Shown here piece after piece: positions 8,979 through 21,458 of a DNA stretch of 64,000 bases (within the stretch, counting starts at the first letter, position 1; every line of letters starts with the position of its first letter). The stretch lies in NCBI GenBank assembly GCA_963741205.1, contig CAVUHW010000045.1, forward strand, positions 27,646 to 91,645. Reading direction: 5' to 3'. The notes beneath the pieces were generated by a model that was not told where the DNA came from, ran no database searches, and saw only the letters and a list, made by a program, of their open reading frames with translations. This DNA is from Nitrospirota bacterium (GTDB lineage Bacteria; Nitrospirota; UBA9217). The position numbers and the translations under genes are program-made.

Positions 8979-10216
8979 ATGCGCGCTGAAATAATCACAA
9001 CCGGCACCGAGCTCCTGACCGGCGGCATACTCGACACCAATTCCCTCTTCCTTTCCGAAGAGCTCATGCTGATCGGCCTTGAAACCGCCTTCAAGACCGC
9101 GGTGGGGGACGATGAAAAGAACATGGAGGAGGCGTTCAGGAGGGCCTTGGAGCGGGTCGATGCGGTGATCATAACCGGCGGGATCGGCCCGACCGAAGAC
9201 GACATCACCCGCAAGGTGGTCGCAAAGGTCATGAAAAAGCGTCTCGTCCTGAACGAGGACGCGCACGCGGCCATCCACGCGCGGCTTGCGGGCAGGGGAA
9301 AAGAGTTCGCTGTCGCCAATGACCGGCAGGCCCTGATGCCGGCGGGCGCACGGCTGCTCAAAAATCCCGCGGGGGTCGCGCCGGGTTTCTATATTGACGA
9401 AGAGGGGCCGTTTCTCGCCGTCCTTCCCGGCGTTCCGCTTGAGATGCGGGCCATGTTCAACGAAGGGCTCCGGCCCGCGCTTGAAGAGCGCTTCGGCGGG
9501 AAGCTCTTCATCAGGCGCAGGGTGCTCCGCACCTGCGGCATATCCGAGTCCGCGGTGAACCAGGCCATCCAGGAAATCATGAGGCGCGGCGTTCCCGCCG
9601 TCGGCCTGACGGTCAAGGAGACGGGCGTGGACATCCGCATCATCGCCCGGGCGGCGAGCGCCGAGCAGTCTCAGGGGCTCGTCGACCGGACCGAGGCCGC
9701 CATCCGGGAAACGCTCGGCGACGCGGTTTACGGCGAAGACGGCGTCGAACTGGAAGAAGTGGTCGGCGCGCTCCTCAAGCAGCGCAGGCTTACCCTCGCC
9801 GTCGCCGAGTCGTGCACCGGCGGGCTGGTCGGGGCGCGTATCACGAACATCGCCGGGAGCTCCGAATATTTCGAGCGCGGCGCGGTCGTGTACAGCAATC
9901 TTGCCAAGACCGAGATGCTCGGCGTGCCTGCCGACCTGATCGAACGCCACGGCGCCGTAAGCAGCGAGGTCGCGGCTCGGCCATGGCCAGGGGCATCCGG
10001 CAGGCGGCGCACACCGCCTGGGGCTCGCCGTCAACCGGCATCGCGGGACCCGGCGGAGGAACGGAAAAGAAGCCCGTGGGACTCGTGTACCTCGCGCTCG
10101 CTTCCCAACAGGGCGTCAAGACATCGGAACACCGGTTCCTCGGCAGCCGGGAACAGGTGCGTTTCAGGGCCTCGCAGATGGCGCTGGATATGGTGAGAAA
10201 GTATTTGATTGGTTAG
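8979..10216 (+). CDS. cinA: Competence/damage-inducible protein CinA (frameshift near 9980)
   Basis: AEIITTGTELL, GGIGPTEDDIT, LPGVP.EM, AESCTGG, TGIAGPGGGT..KPVG. Confidence 0.95.
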
Positions 10217-10311
10217 GAGACGGAGCGAGACGATGCAGGGACGGAGTAAGACCAGTGCGTCTATCGTCCTAGTTGAACGCAGCGACGGTCGTCCATCGTC
10301 CATCGAATTAT

Positions 10312-10872
10312 ATGCGTCTCTTTATCGCCATAGAAATTCCCGACGAGATCAAAAAAGCGCTTACGCGAAGTGCAGCAGCGGCTCAAGGGCTCGGGTGTCG
10401 AGGCAAGCTGGCCGCAGGCCCGAGGGCATTCACCTGACGCTTAAATTTCTGGGAGAGGCGCCGGAGTCGCGCATTCCGGAGATCATGAACGGGATCACGG
10501 GCGGCTGCAAAGGGAACGGGGCCGTTCCGGCTCGAGGTACGGGGCGTTGGGACCTTTCCGAGCCCGAAGAACGCGCGGGTGGTATGGGTCGGGGTTTCCG
10601 GGGATGTCGAGAAGCTTTCACGGCTCCAGGCCTCCGTCGAAGAGGCGATAACCGGCATCGGGTTCGAGCGTGATGAGCGGGCATTCACGCCGCACCTTAC
10701 GGCCGGCAGGGTCAAGTACATCCGGTCCCGGGACCAATGGCTCAAGGCGCTGGAGGAGATCAAGGACGTGGGCCTGCCGGGGTTCGAGGTGACCGCGGTC
10801 AGCCTGATGAAGAGCGAGCTCAAACCCTCCGGCGCGGTGTATACGGAGATGGGAAGGGTGGAGCTAACGTGA
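10312..10872 (+). CDS. thpR: RNA 2',3'-cyclic phosphodiesterase (2H family), frameshifted
   Basis: MRLFIAI start, HLTLKFLGE and FTPHLT motifs, located between cinA and recA. Confidence 0.9.
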
Positions 10873-10887
10873 AGTAGCCAGGAGTCG

Positions 10888-10996
10888 GCGCAAAGCGCAT
10901 AGAGCATAGGCAGAGCGGAAATCGCATAGAGCAAAGGGCATAACGCGGAGCTTAAAAGATTTAAACGCCATGCCCTATGCGCCATGCGCTATGCGA
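10888..10996. repeat. Degenerate 7-mer arrays in inverted arrangement upstream of recA
   Basis: GCGCAAA GCGCATA GAGCATA GGCAGA... versus CCATGCC CTATGCG CCATGCG CTATGCG. Confidence 0.7.
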
Positions 10997-11047
10997 AACA
11001 AAACCTCAACATATTGGACAGCCGCGCAGCGGCGAAAGGAGATTATC

Positions 11048-12151
11048 ATGGCGGACAAGGACAAGTTAAAGGCGTTGGAACTGGCGGTGGGCCAGATCGA
11101 AAAGCAGTTCGGCAAGGGCTCCATCATGCGGCTGGGGAGGGAAGAGGTCCCCGCGGGAATACCGGCGATCTCCACCGGCTCACTGGGACTGGACATCGCC
11201 CTGGGCGTGGGCGGCGTTCCGCGCGGGAGGATCATCGAGATCTACGGCCCCGAGTCGTCGGGCAAGACGACCCTGGCGCTCCATGTCATTGCCGAGGCCC
11301 AGAAGGCCGGCGGTCAGGCCGCCTTCATCGACGCCGAGCACGCCCTCGACATCACCTACGCCCGCAAGCTCGGCGTACGGACCGACGACCTTCTCATCTC
11401 CCAGCCCGACACGGGAGAACAGGCGCTCGAGATCACCGAAACTCTCGTCCGGAGCGGGGCCATCGACGTGATCATCGTGGACTCCGTCGCGGCGCTCACG
11501 CCGCGGGCAGAGATCGAAGGGGAGATGGGCGACGCGCACATGGGTCTCCAGGCGAGGCTCATGAGCCAGGCGCTCCGGAAGCTCACCGGCGCCATCAGCA
11601 AGTCCAGCACGACGCTCGTCTTCATCAACCAGATCCGCATGAAGATCGGGGTGATGTTCGGGAACCCCGAGACGACCACGGGCGGCAACGCGCTCAAGTT
11701 CTACGCATCGGTCCGCCTCGACATCCGCAAGGTCTCGGCAATCAAGGAAGGCGAAGACGTGACCGGCGGCCGGGTAAAGGTCAAGGTGGTGAAGAACAAG
11801 ATCGCGCCCCCGTTCCGCGCCGCGGAATTCGACATCATGTTCAACGAAGGGATCTCCAAGCTCGGCGAGATCATCGATATCGGCGCGGAGAAGAATATCA
11901 TTGAAAAGAGCGGCGCCTGGTTCTCCTATTCGGGGACGAGGATCGGGCAGGGGCGGGAGAACGTGAAACAGTTCCTCCGCGACCACCCGGACATGGCCTC
12001 CGAGATCGAACAGAAGGTAAGGCAGGCGAACGGGCTTCCCGGCGCGTCCGCCGTGCCCGCCGCCGCTTCGGCAAAGGAAAAGGAAACCGTCGTCGAGCGG
12101 GGAGCGAAGACCCCGAAGGGACAGAAGTCCGATAAGCTCGTGGAGGCATAA
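11048..12151 (+). CDS. recA: Recombinase RecA
   Basis: [46 protein letters not shown]. Confidence 0.99.
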   Translation: MADKDKLKALELAVGQIEKQFGKGSIMRLGREEVPAGIPAISTGSLGLDIALGVGGVPRGRIIEIYGPESSGKTTLALHVIAEAQKAGGQAAFIDAEHALDITYARKLGVRTDDLLISQPDTGEQALEITETLVRSGAIDVIIVDSVAALTPRAEIEGEMGDAHMGLQARLMSQALRKLTGAISKSSTTLVFINQIRMKIGVMFGNPETTTGGNALKFYASVRLDIRKVSAIKEGEDVTGGRVKVKVVKNKIAPPFRAAEFDIMFNEGISKLGEIIDIGAEKNIIEKSGAWFSYSGTRIGQGRENVKQFLRDHPDMASEIEQKVRQANGLPGASAVPAAASAKEKETVVERGAKTPKGQKSDKLVEA

Positions 12152-13329
12152 ATGAATCTCAACGAACTGCTCAAGACAACCGCGGAAAAAAAGGCTTCGG
12201 ACCTGCACCTGAAAGTGGGAGTCCCTCCCATTCTGCGGATCCACGGCAGGCTTGTTTCTCTCGAGGCCGAAAAGCGCACGACACAGGAGGAAACCCTCAC
12301 GATCGCGCTCGGTATCATGAACAACTGCGCAGAAGGCGCGGTTCAAGGAGAAAAACGAGCTCGATATGGCCTACGCCGTGCCGGGGCTCGGCCGCTTCCG
12401 GGTGAACGTGTTCCAGCAGCGCGGCAGCGTGGGCATGGTCTTCCGTATGGTTCCGTCCAAAATCCTGAACTTCGAGGACCTATTGATGCCGGCCGTTCTC
12501 CAGAAAGTGGCGAGTGAGCAGCGCGGCCTCATTCTGGTGACGGGGACTACCGGGAGCGGCAAGTCCACGACCCTTGCGGCAATGATCGATTACATCAACA
12601 CGACCCGCACGGCCAACATCATCACGATCGAGGACCCCATCGAATTTCTGCACCGGGACAAGAAAAGCATCGTGAACCAGCGCGAGATCGGCTCCGATAC
12701 CTTCAGTTTCAGCGAAGCCCTCCGGAGCGCCCTCCGGCAGGATCCGGACGTGATTCTGGTGGGAGAAATGCGCGACTTCGAGACCATCTCCACGGCACTG
12801 ACCGCGGCGGAGACCGGCCACCTCGTCCTGTCCACCCTCCATACGCTGGACGCGGCGGAGACGGTCAACCGCATCATCACGGTGTTTCCGCCCTACCAGC
12901 AAAAGCAGGTCCGCATGCAGCTGGCCTCCGTCATCAAGGGGATCGTCTCTCAGCGGCTCGTCCCCCGGGCGGACGGCAACGGCCGCGTGCCTGCCGTGGA
13001 AGTGATGCTCGGCACCCTGTCCGTGCGCGAGGCCATCATCGACGACGCCAAGACTCGCCAGATCCCGACGATCATCGCATCCGGCATGACCCATTACGGC
13101 ATGCAGACCTTCGACCAGTCTCTCCTCATGCTCTACAAGAATGGTTTACATAACCTACGACGAAGCGCTCTTGACGGCGAGCAACGCCGACGATTTCGCC
13201 CTCAAGGTCAAGGGCATCCAGTCCACCAGCGACCTTACGTGGGAAGCCGAGGAAAAGAGCAAATCAACCGCCCAAGCCCGAGGCCGGTTCGCCCCAGAAA
13301 CAGGGCGAGGCCCGCGAGTACAAGGGTAA
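12152..13329 (+). CDS. pilT: PilT/PilU-family type IV pilus retraction ATPase, frameshifted
   Basis: ASDLHL, GRFRVN, GTTGSGKSTT, TIEDPIE, ALRQDPDVILVGEMRD, AETGHLV.STLH. Confidence 0.9.
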
Positions 13330-13395
13330 GTCGACAGACAGCGACTTTAAGATAGACCGGTTCGGGGACAAGTAAATGCAATTGCGGATTTCGGA

Positions 13396-13878
13396 ATGCG
13401 GAATGCGGAATTGGAAGAAAAAGTAGCTGACGCGGGCCAGAAATGCCGCCTACCGCCTTCTCACGTACCGGCCGCGAAGCCGGGCGGAATTGATGCAGAA
13501 GCTTCAGGACAAGGAATTCGATCAGGCCGTGATCGAGGCGGTCGTTGTCTATCTGGAGCGGCTGGGGTATATCAACGACCGGCAATTTGCGGAGCAATGG
13601 GCCGCCGGGCGGGTAAGGCTCCGGGGGTTCGGCAGGCGCCGGATAGAACAGGAACTCCGGAACAAGGGAATCGGCCGTGACATAATAGCCGAGTGCGCTT
13701 GCCAGTGTTTTCGGCGCTGAAACGGAACTCGAAACAGCGAGGGGTGCGGCGGAGAAAAAAATCAATTCCATGAAATCCGTTGATCGGCGAAACCCGCAGA
13801 AGACGCCTGGCCGGATTTCTGGAGAGAAAAGGTTTTTCGTTCGAGATTATTCGAAGGGTTGTTAAAGAAACGGAGTAG
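13396..13878 (+). CDS. recX: Regulatory protein RecX, frameshifted
   Basis: AYRLLTYR, LGYINDRQFA, G.RRI.QEL..KGI, FLERKGFS. Lies between recA/pilT and alaS. Confidence 0.88.
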
Positions 13879-14067
13879 AACGGTTTCAAAATAGTATTTA
13901 CAAATTCAGAGACGCCACATAGCTTGTCATCCCCGAATGCCTCTATCGGGTTGATCCAGTGATGACGCTGATTCAAAATGCGATTCCCTTTCAGACCATT
14001 GCGGTGAATGACATTGATCAATGTTGATTCATGATTCTGAGTAATTTTATATCACAAGGAGTAAGAC

Positions 14068-16705
14068 TTGAAAGCAAACGAACTACGAAAGCTGTTTCTC
14101 GACTATTTCGCCGCGCGGGGCCACAAGGTGGTGCCGAGCTCGTCGCTTGTGCCCAAGAACGATCCCACGCTCCTGTTCACGAACGCCGGCATGGTGCAGT
14201 TCAAGGGCGTGTTCCTGGGCGAGGACGTGCGGGACTACAAGCGGGCCGTGACCTCCCAGAAGTGCGTGCGCGCCGGAGGAAAGCACAACGACCTCGAGAA
14301 CGTGGGCCATACCGCTCGGCACCATACGTTCTTCGAGATGCTGGGCAACTTTTCCTTCGGCGACTACTTCAAAAAGGACGCGATTGCCTTTGCCTGGGAA
14401 TTTCTGACCACGGTCGTGAAGCTCCCGAAAGAAAAGCTCTGGGTGACGGTCTATAAGGACGACGACGAGGCCTTCGAGCTGTGGCAGCAGGTCGCCGGCG
14501 TGAGACCCGACCGCATCGTTCGCCTCGGCGAGAAGGACAACTTCTGGGCCATGGGCGATACGGGGCCGTGCGGTCCCTGTTCCGAGATCATCATCGACCA
14601 GGGGCCGGAGATGTCCTGCGGCAAGTCAACCTGCGCGGTGGGGTGCGACTGCGACCGCTACCTCGAGATATGGAACCTCGTGTTCATGCAGTACAACCGC
14701 GACGAGACGGGCAAGCTCACGCCGCTCCCGAAGCCCTCCATCGATACCGGCATGGGACTTGAGCGGCTTTCCTCGGTGGTGCAGAAAGTAAAAACAAACT
14801 TCGAGACCGACCTTTTCCAGTCCATCATCAGGGAGATCGCCGCAATGGCCGGCGTGCCCTACCACAAGGACGAGCAGACCGACATCTCCTACCAGGTCTG
14901 CGCCGACCATCTCCGCGCCATGACGTTCCTTATTTCCGACGGCGTGCTTCCCTCGAACGAGGGCCGGGGATACGTGCTCCGGCGCATCATCCGGCGGGCG
15001 AGCCGCTACGGCAGGCTGATCGGGATCAACAAACCCTTCCTCTATAAACTCACGGGCTCGGTTGTGGACGCGATGCGCGAGGCCTATCCCGAGCTTGTGG
15101 ACGGACGCGAGCACGTGGCCAAGGTGGTGCTCACCGAGGAGGAGCGGTTCGGCCAGACTCTCGACTCCGGGCTGGCGCTGCTCAATGAAGCAGTTACAAA
15201 GCTCAAGGCAGAGAAGCAGGCAATCATCCCGGGCGATGTGCTGTTCAAGCTGTACGATACCTTCGGATTTCCGCTCGACCTCGTGGCCGACATGGCGAGG
15301 GACATGCACCTTGAGATCGATGAGGCAGGCTATCGCCGCGCCATGCAGGAGCAGCGCGACAAGGCGCGGGCCTCCTGGTCGGGATCGGGCGAGGAAAAGG
15401 TCAAGCCGGTCTACAGGGAAGCGGCCGCAGGCGTCAGGAAGACGGTCTTTACGGGATACGAGACACTCGAAGGGACCGGAGAGGTGCTTGCAATCATCCG
15501 GGGGGACAAGCGGGTAAGCGAGGTGCACGAGGGCGACGAGGCGGAGATCATCCTCGATCAGACGGCCTTCTATGCGGAGTCGGGCGGACAGGTGGGCGAC
15601 AAGGGTGAACTCCTGGGCGAGGCTGCCAAGTTCGCCGTGACCGACACGGTCAGTGCCCGTCGAGGGCATTTTCGTTCACAAGGGCAAAGTAAGAAAAGGC
15701 AGCTTCAAGACGGGCGACGCGGTGCTGGGCAAAGTCGAGGTCGACGAGCGCCTCGATACGATGCGGCATCATACGGCTACGCACATCCTCCACGCCACGC
15801 TCCGGTCGGTGCTGGGCGAGCACGTCAAGCAGGCGGGTTCGCTCGTGGCGCCGGACCGGTGCCGGTTCGACTTCACGCACTACACGGCGCTGACGGAGCG
15901 CGAGAAGGAACGCATCGAGGAACTGGTAAACGAGCGGATCATCGAGAACCATCCCGTCGAGACCACGGTCATGGACATCGACCAGGCCGTGGCCTCCGGC
16001 GCCATGGCCTTGTTCGATGAAAAATACGGAGACAAGGTCCGGGTCGTGACGGTCAAGGATGTGAGCAAGGAGCTCTGCGGCGGCACCCACACGAAGGCCT
16101 CGGGTGACATCGGCCTGTTCAAGATCGTTTCCGAGTCCGGCATCGCGGCGGGGGTGCGGCGGCTCGAAATCCTGGCCGGACGGCGCGCCTATCAGGCTGT
16201 GAAGAAAGAAGAGCAGAGCCTCCAGGAGATAAGCCGGATGCTGAAGGCGTCGGACCCGGATGTCGTGGGCCGCGTGGAGCGCCTGATGAACCAGCTGCGG
16301 GACACGGAGAAAGAGCTCGAGCGGGTGAAGCACAAGATGCAGACGTCCCAGGCAGGAGACATCATCAGCGAGGCAAAGGACATGGACGGCGTCAAGGTGC
16401 TTGCCAAACGCGCCGACGGCATGGACCCGAAGGAACTTCGCGATTTCGGCGATAAGCTCCGGGACAAACTCGGCTCCGGCATCCTCGCCCTCGGTTCCGC
16501 GAAGGACGACAAAGTGAGCCTCATCGTCATGGTCACGAAGGACCTGATCCCGCGTTTCCATGCCGGCAACATCATCAAGCAGATGGCCCCCATCCTCGGC
16601 GGCACCGGCGGAGGCAAGCCCGACCTGGCCCAGTCCGGAGGAAAAGACCCGGGGAAACTGGACGCGGCGCTCGAGGCGTTGTATGAGATCGTCAAGAAAA
16701 AATAA
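14068..16705 (+). CDS. alaS: Alanine--tRNA ligase (frameshift near 15650)
   Basis: DPTLLFTNAGM, HHTFFEMLGNFSFGDYFK, HHTATH, ELCGGTH, GGGKPDLAQ. Confidence 0.98.
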
Positions 16706-16746
16706 AGTCAGCTTGACGTGCTGTGAGTTTATTTAGCGCCGAACGA

Positions 16747-16791
16747 AGCCGGTTGGAAGTGAAGAAATTCATCTTTGACCGGCTTTTTTTT
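16747..16791 (+). terminator. Intrinsic terminator after alaS
   Basis: AAGCCGGTT...GACCGGCTT followed by a T-run. Confidence 0.65.
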
Positions 16792-16978
16792 CGCGCCAAC
16801 GGATTTTCAGATCTGTCTTAACGAGACACAGACAGTAGTTGCGAATGATCCATGAATCAAATAATATCGCTGTGAAACTGAAATCGGGACAAAAGGACTA
16901 CGGCGATGAAGCTAAAAGGGGATGTGGTGATTAAGTACAGGTAGAGGTTAGGTGATCAGCTCTTGTGGTGTCGGAAAT

Positions 16979-17398
16979 ATGAATGATGAACAGGTTCAGG
17001 TCGAGATTCAGGCAGCAATAAACGAGTTGGTTGCTTCCGGCGCGGAGGATCGGACTGCAGGTCGCAGTGATCAAGAACGGTCGCGTGGTTGTCGACGCCG
17101 TGGGCGGCGTCGCTGATCCTCGAACCGGAATTGCGGTCAACGGGGACACGTTGTTTTTCGCAGCGTCCACAGCGAAAGGTGTTGCAACTTCAGTGGCGCA
17201 CGTCCTGGTGGAGCAGGGCAAGCTTAACTACGGTCGCGCCTCGGCTCGACGTTCGGCATGGTGGGGATGAACGGCTCAGCAGCCTTCGCAGACATAGATT
17301 CCGGCGTTGCGGTGGCCGTGATGCGCAATCGCTTCGCAGCCGACGGTTTTAAGACGGTGGCACGGATTGACCGAATCGTTGCCGAGAGGCTTTCGTGA
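16979..17398 (+). pseudogene. Beta-lactamase-family serine hydrolase with large internal deletion
   Basis: GLQVAVIKNG...TLFFAASTAKG (SxxK) joined directly to C-terminal FGMVGMNGSAAFAD...VAVMRNR. About 140 codons in total. Confidence 0.75.
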
Positions 17399-17600
17399 TC
17401 ACGGTTTCGTTGATCGGGAAGAGTGCGGTGAAACTCGACACAATGATCCCAACCACGAGAGAGGGTCGCTGAGAAACTCGTCATGACCGGGACGGCGTAG
17501 AGATTTACAGCGGTAGTTCTTTAATATGATATAATAAAAACAGGCTTTTACTCTCAGGTTCGTTGATTTTCATGTGAATCATTTACCCAAGGAGGCTACC

Positions 17601-17921
17601 ATGATGGTAACAGAGCTCATCAAGAAGGCAATGCTTGCAGGGCTGGGCGCTCAGGAAAAGGCCAAGGAGTTCGTCGATGAACTAGTAAAGGCGGGGGAGC
17701 TTTCCAAGGGCGAAGGGGCGAACCTCGTCAAGGAGTGGGTCTCCAAGGCCGAGGAAAGCCGCAAGGACATGGACCAAAAGATAAAAGACGCGATGGCCGC
17801 CGCATTTGAAAAGATAAACATCCCGAGTCGCGACGACCTCGCGAACCTGGAGAAGAAGATCCAGGGCATCTCCGCACGGCTCTCGAAACTCGAAGGAGGC
17901 GAAGGGAAGGGCGGGGATTAG
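17601..17921 (+). CDS. Phasin-family coiled-coil protein
   Basis: KKAMLAGLG...VDELVKAGEL...IPSRDDL. AAGGAGG RBS, upstream of ubiB. Confidence 0.8.
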   Translation: MMVTELIKKAMLAGLGAQEKAKEFVDELVKAGELSKGEGANLVKEWVSKAEESRKDMDQKIKDAMAAAFEKINIPSRDDLANLEKKIQGISARLSKLEGGEGKGGD

Positions 17922-17942
17922 GCCAGCGCCCGCGCGACGCCG

Positions 17943-19649
17943 ATGCCTCTTTTGGGTTTCAGGAGAAGACACTTTCGGGACATTCCGCGGATCGGACGGA
18001 TCATCGCGGTGGCGTCCCGCCACGGGTTCGGCTACCTCGTGGAACAGCTTGGCCTTGAGCGTTTCTTTTCGCTCGGCAGGCGCATCGTCTCGTTCAAAAA
18101 GCCCCTCTCCGCTGTTCATCGGATCAGCACGCCGGAGCGTCTCCGGCTGATGTTCGAGGAGTTGGGGCCCACGTTTATCAAGTTCGGCCAGGTCCTGGCA
18201 TGCAGGCCGGACATGCTGCCCCTTGGAATACTCCCGTGAATTTCTCAAACTTACCGACTCCGTAGCGCCCTTTCCCGCCGCAGAAGCGAGAAACATCATC
18301 GAAGAGGACCTCAAGGCGCCGATCGGGATCTCTTTGCGTCCTTCGAGGATCACCCGGTGGCCGCAGCGTCCATAGCCCAGGTCCACCGGGCGGTGCTTCC
18401 CGACGGACGCGACGTGATGGTAAAGGTCCAGCGGCCTCATATCGTCCGCATGATCGACCGGGACATCAGCATCATGCGGTGGCTGGCCGAGCTGATCGCC
18501 GCGCGGGTGCCGGAAATGGCGCCCTATGACATCCCGGGGATCGTCGAGGAGTTTGCCCGCACCATTAAACGGGAACTCGATTTTTTCATCGAAGCCTCGA
18601 ACGCCATCCAACTGCGAAAAAATTTCGAGGACAGCGCCGTCCTGTATGTCCCGCAGGTTTTTCCCGACATTTCAAGCAAGCGGGTCCTGGTCCTGGAAAG
18701 GGTCGAGGGGATCAGGATCGACGAATACGAGCGGCTGGACCGGGAGGGGTATGACCGCAAGGACCTCGCCCGTAAAGGGGGCGCGGCTTTCTTCAAGATG
18801 GTCCTGCGAGACGGCTTGTTCCACGCCGATCCGCATCCGGGCAATATTTTCGTGCTGTCTGACGGAAGGCTCGGCCTCGTCGACTTCGGCATCATGGGCC
18901 GCGTTACCGACGAGAACATGGAGTACTTTGCGTCCGTTTTTCTCGCCCTGGCGAACCATGATTATGACGGTATGGTCCGCCTGTACGTGGACATGGGGTT
19001 CCTCTCCGAGGAAACCGTCGACCTCGAGAAGTTCCAGCGGGAGATGAAAGACGACCTTATGGAGTTCCTCGAGCCCTACTACGTCATGCAGGTGAAGCAG
19101 ATCGACTTCGGCGCTTATGTCGACCGCATGACCCAGATCCTCATCCGGCACCGCCTGAAGCTTCCGTCGAACTTCTATCTCATGGACAAGGCGCTCATCA
19201 CCCTGGAGGGAATTCTGAAGCAGCTCGACCCGGAGTTCAATTACGTCGAGGCGGCGAAGCCCTATGTGACGGAGCTGGTGCGCCGCAGGCGAAACCCGCT
19301 CAGGGCCGCGCAAAACATGCAAAAAAACATGGCGGAATTCGCCGATGCCTTCACGCTTTTGCCGAAACAGGTCAAAACGATGTTCAGGAAATTCATGCAC
19401 GGCGATTTCCGGATGAGCCTTCACCACGAGGAGCTGAATCACCTGATCAGGGACATCGACAAATCGAGCAACCGCCTCGCTTTCAGCGTTATCACCGCGG
19501 CTATCATCGTGGCGTCTTCCATCATCATCCACGCCGCGAAGGGCCCCATGCTTTTTGGCTTGCCTGTGTTCGGCCTTATAGGGTATGTTATAGCAGCCTT
19601 GTTGGGACTGTGGCTCCTGATCGGTATCCTGAGATCGGGACACCTATGA
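17943..19649 (+). CDS. ubiB: UbiB/AarF/ABC1-family kinase, frameshifted
   Basis: ELGPTFIKFGQ, AAASIAQVH, VKVQRP, FHADPHPGN, DFG. Confidence 0.92.
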
Positions 19650-19746
19650 TGGCGGACGGGGCATCGCAAAAAGTTTCGAGTTTCGGGCCTGTTGTTGATA
19701 GCCGACGACGAGCCATAAACCACAAACTCGAAACCGGGAAGTTCGG

Positions 19747-20831
19747 GTGAATGAAATGCAAAATGACAGAAAATGGATGAAGGGGCATCCGTGGAAATCG
19801 TTTCTCATTGCCACTGCATTGCTTACCGTCATCGTCCATTTTTACATTGCGCTGTTCGTGCCGCCGTCAAAAGAGAAGGTCTGGAAGGAAATCGAGGTTA
19901 CGGACGGCATGTCCTTCAAGGCCATCACGGCACGCTCCATAATGAAGGCATCATCCGATACCGGGGATACTTCGATATCATCGGCAGGCTCCAGGGCATC
20001 AGCCGCAAGGTGCGCTCGGGGTATTACGGACTGAGCACGAACATGACGTTGTGGGATGTGCTCGATGCCTTGCGCAAGGGCAAGATCATCGAATACGAAG
20101 TCCTGATCCCCGAAGGGTACAATCTGTATCAGATCGGCTGGACGCTCTCGGGCACGCCTCTCGTGTCCGACCCGGATCAGTTCATCAAACTTGTGAAGAA
20201 TAAAAAGTACGTTCACTCTCTCGGGGTCGAGGCCGATTCGCTCGAAGGGTATTTGTTTCCGGACACCTACTATCTGCCCAAGGGCATCAAACTCGAAGAA
20301 ATCCCGAAAAAGATGGTCCAGCGTTACAAGGCGGTGTTTGCTGACGGCTACAAGAAGCGGGCCAAGGATCTGGGCTTTACCGAACACCAGATCATCACCC
20401 TGGCGTCGATCGTGGAAAAGGAAGCCAGGGTGCCTTCGGAGCGCAAACTCATCGCGGCGGTCTATTTTAACCGTCTCAAGAGGGGCATGAAACTCCAGGC
20501 CGACCCGACCGCGGTCTATGGCAAGAAGGCATGGATCACCAACGTTACCATGTCGGACCTGAGGAGGCCGTCGCCGTACAACACCTATCTTCACAAGGGT
20601 CTGCCGCCGGGACCGATCGCGAACCCCGGCGAAGGCGCTATATTGGCGGCGCTCTATCCCGATAATGTTGATTATCTCTTTTTCGTCGCCCAGGGCGACG
20701 GGAGTCATCATTATTTCTCGAAGGATTACGGCACGCACTCGAAGGCGGTGAATCGATACCACGCGAAGAAGAAAGCGAAAAGGGAGCAGAGAGAGAAACA
20801 AGCAGAGAAGGAGAATCAAGAGGAACAGTAA
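19747..20831 (+). CDS. mltG: Endolytic transglycosylase MltG, frameshifted
   Basis: IPEG, LEGYLFPDTY, LASIVEKE, LQADPT, SPYNTY..GLPPGPI.NPG. Confidence 0.95.
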
Positions 20832-20832
20832 T

Positions 20833-21236
20833 TCAATTGATCAGCACCGTAAAGCCCGCGAATTCAGGGAGGGAGAGGCACTTCTCCGATAATCCCTCCC
20901 GGTCGAATTTTCCGTATGCCATCGAATCATCGAAAAGCCTGATCGTCATCCTGCCTCTGTCGATCTGGAATTTCCCTCCGCCGACGACAATCCACGCTTT
21001 GTCATAAACCTCGTATCGCTTCCTCTCGGAAGCATAGCCCCCTCAATCCCCTTATCGAGACAAAACCGCTCTACGATGCCCGCATGGTATTTGGTAAATT
21101 CCTGGGGGGAAAAGACGAGGTATTCGGTTTCATCGTTCCGTATTTGGACGAATTTGCCTCCCATAACCGGCGGGACCGGGGTCCGCGCAATAGCCGTGAA
21201 GTACAGGGGCGTGTAGTCGATGAATACGAGGGTCAT
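20833..21236 (-). CDS. Hypothetical protein resembling Janus/Ocnus/PHPT1 phosphohistidine phosphatase (frameshift in G-run near 21040)
   Basis: Joined reading GGKFVQIR...KYHAGIVE...IVVGGGKFQI...RLFDDSMAYG...LSEK, stop at 20833-20835. Confidence 0.65.
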
Positions 21237-21458
21237 GAATTAACCTACAAAAGCATTTGGCCGCAGATAAAATCGGATAAACGCGGATTTAAAACGTGGC
21301 TCATAATTGTTGAAAAATTAAAAAAAGAATTGCCTCTGATGGCAGGCGGACATACAGTCTATTGTCTGGTTTATCTGTGTAATCTGCGTCGTTTAGAAGC
21401 GCCTACTTTTGGTCATCAGCGTCCACTCGCGGTTTTCAGGCTCAAGTATTGCGTCGGT

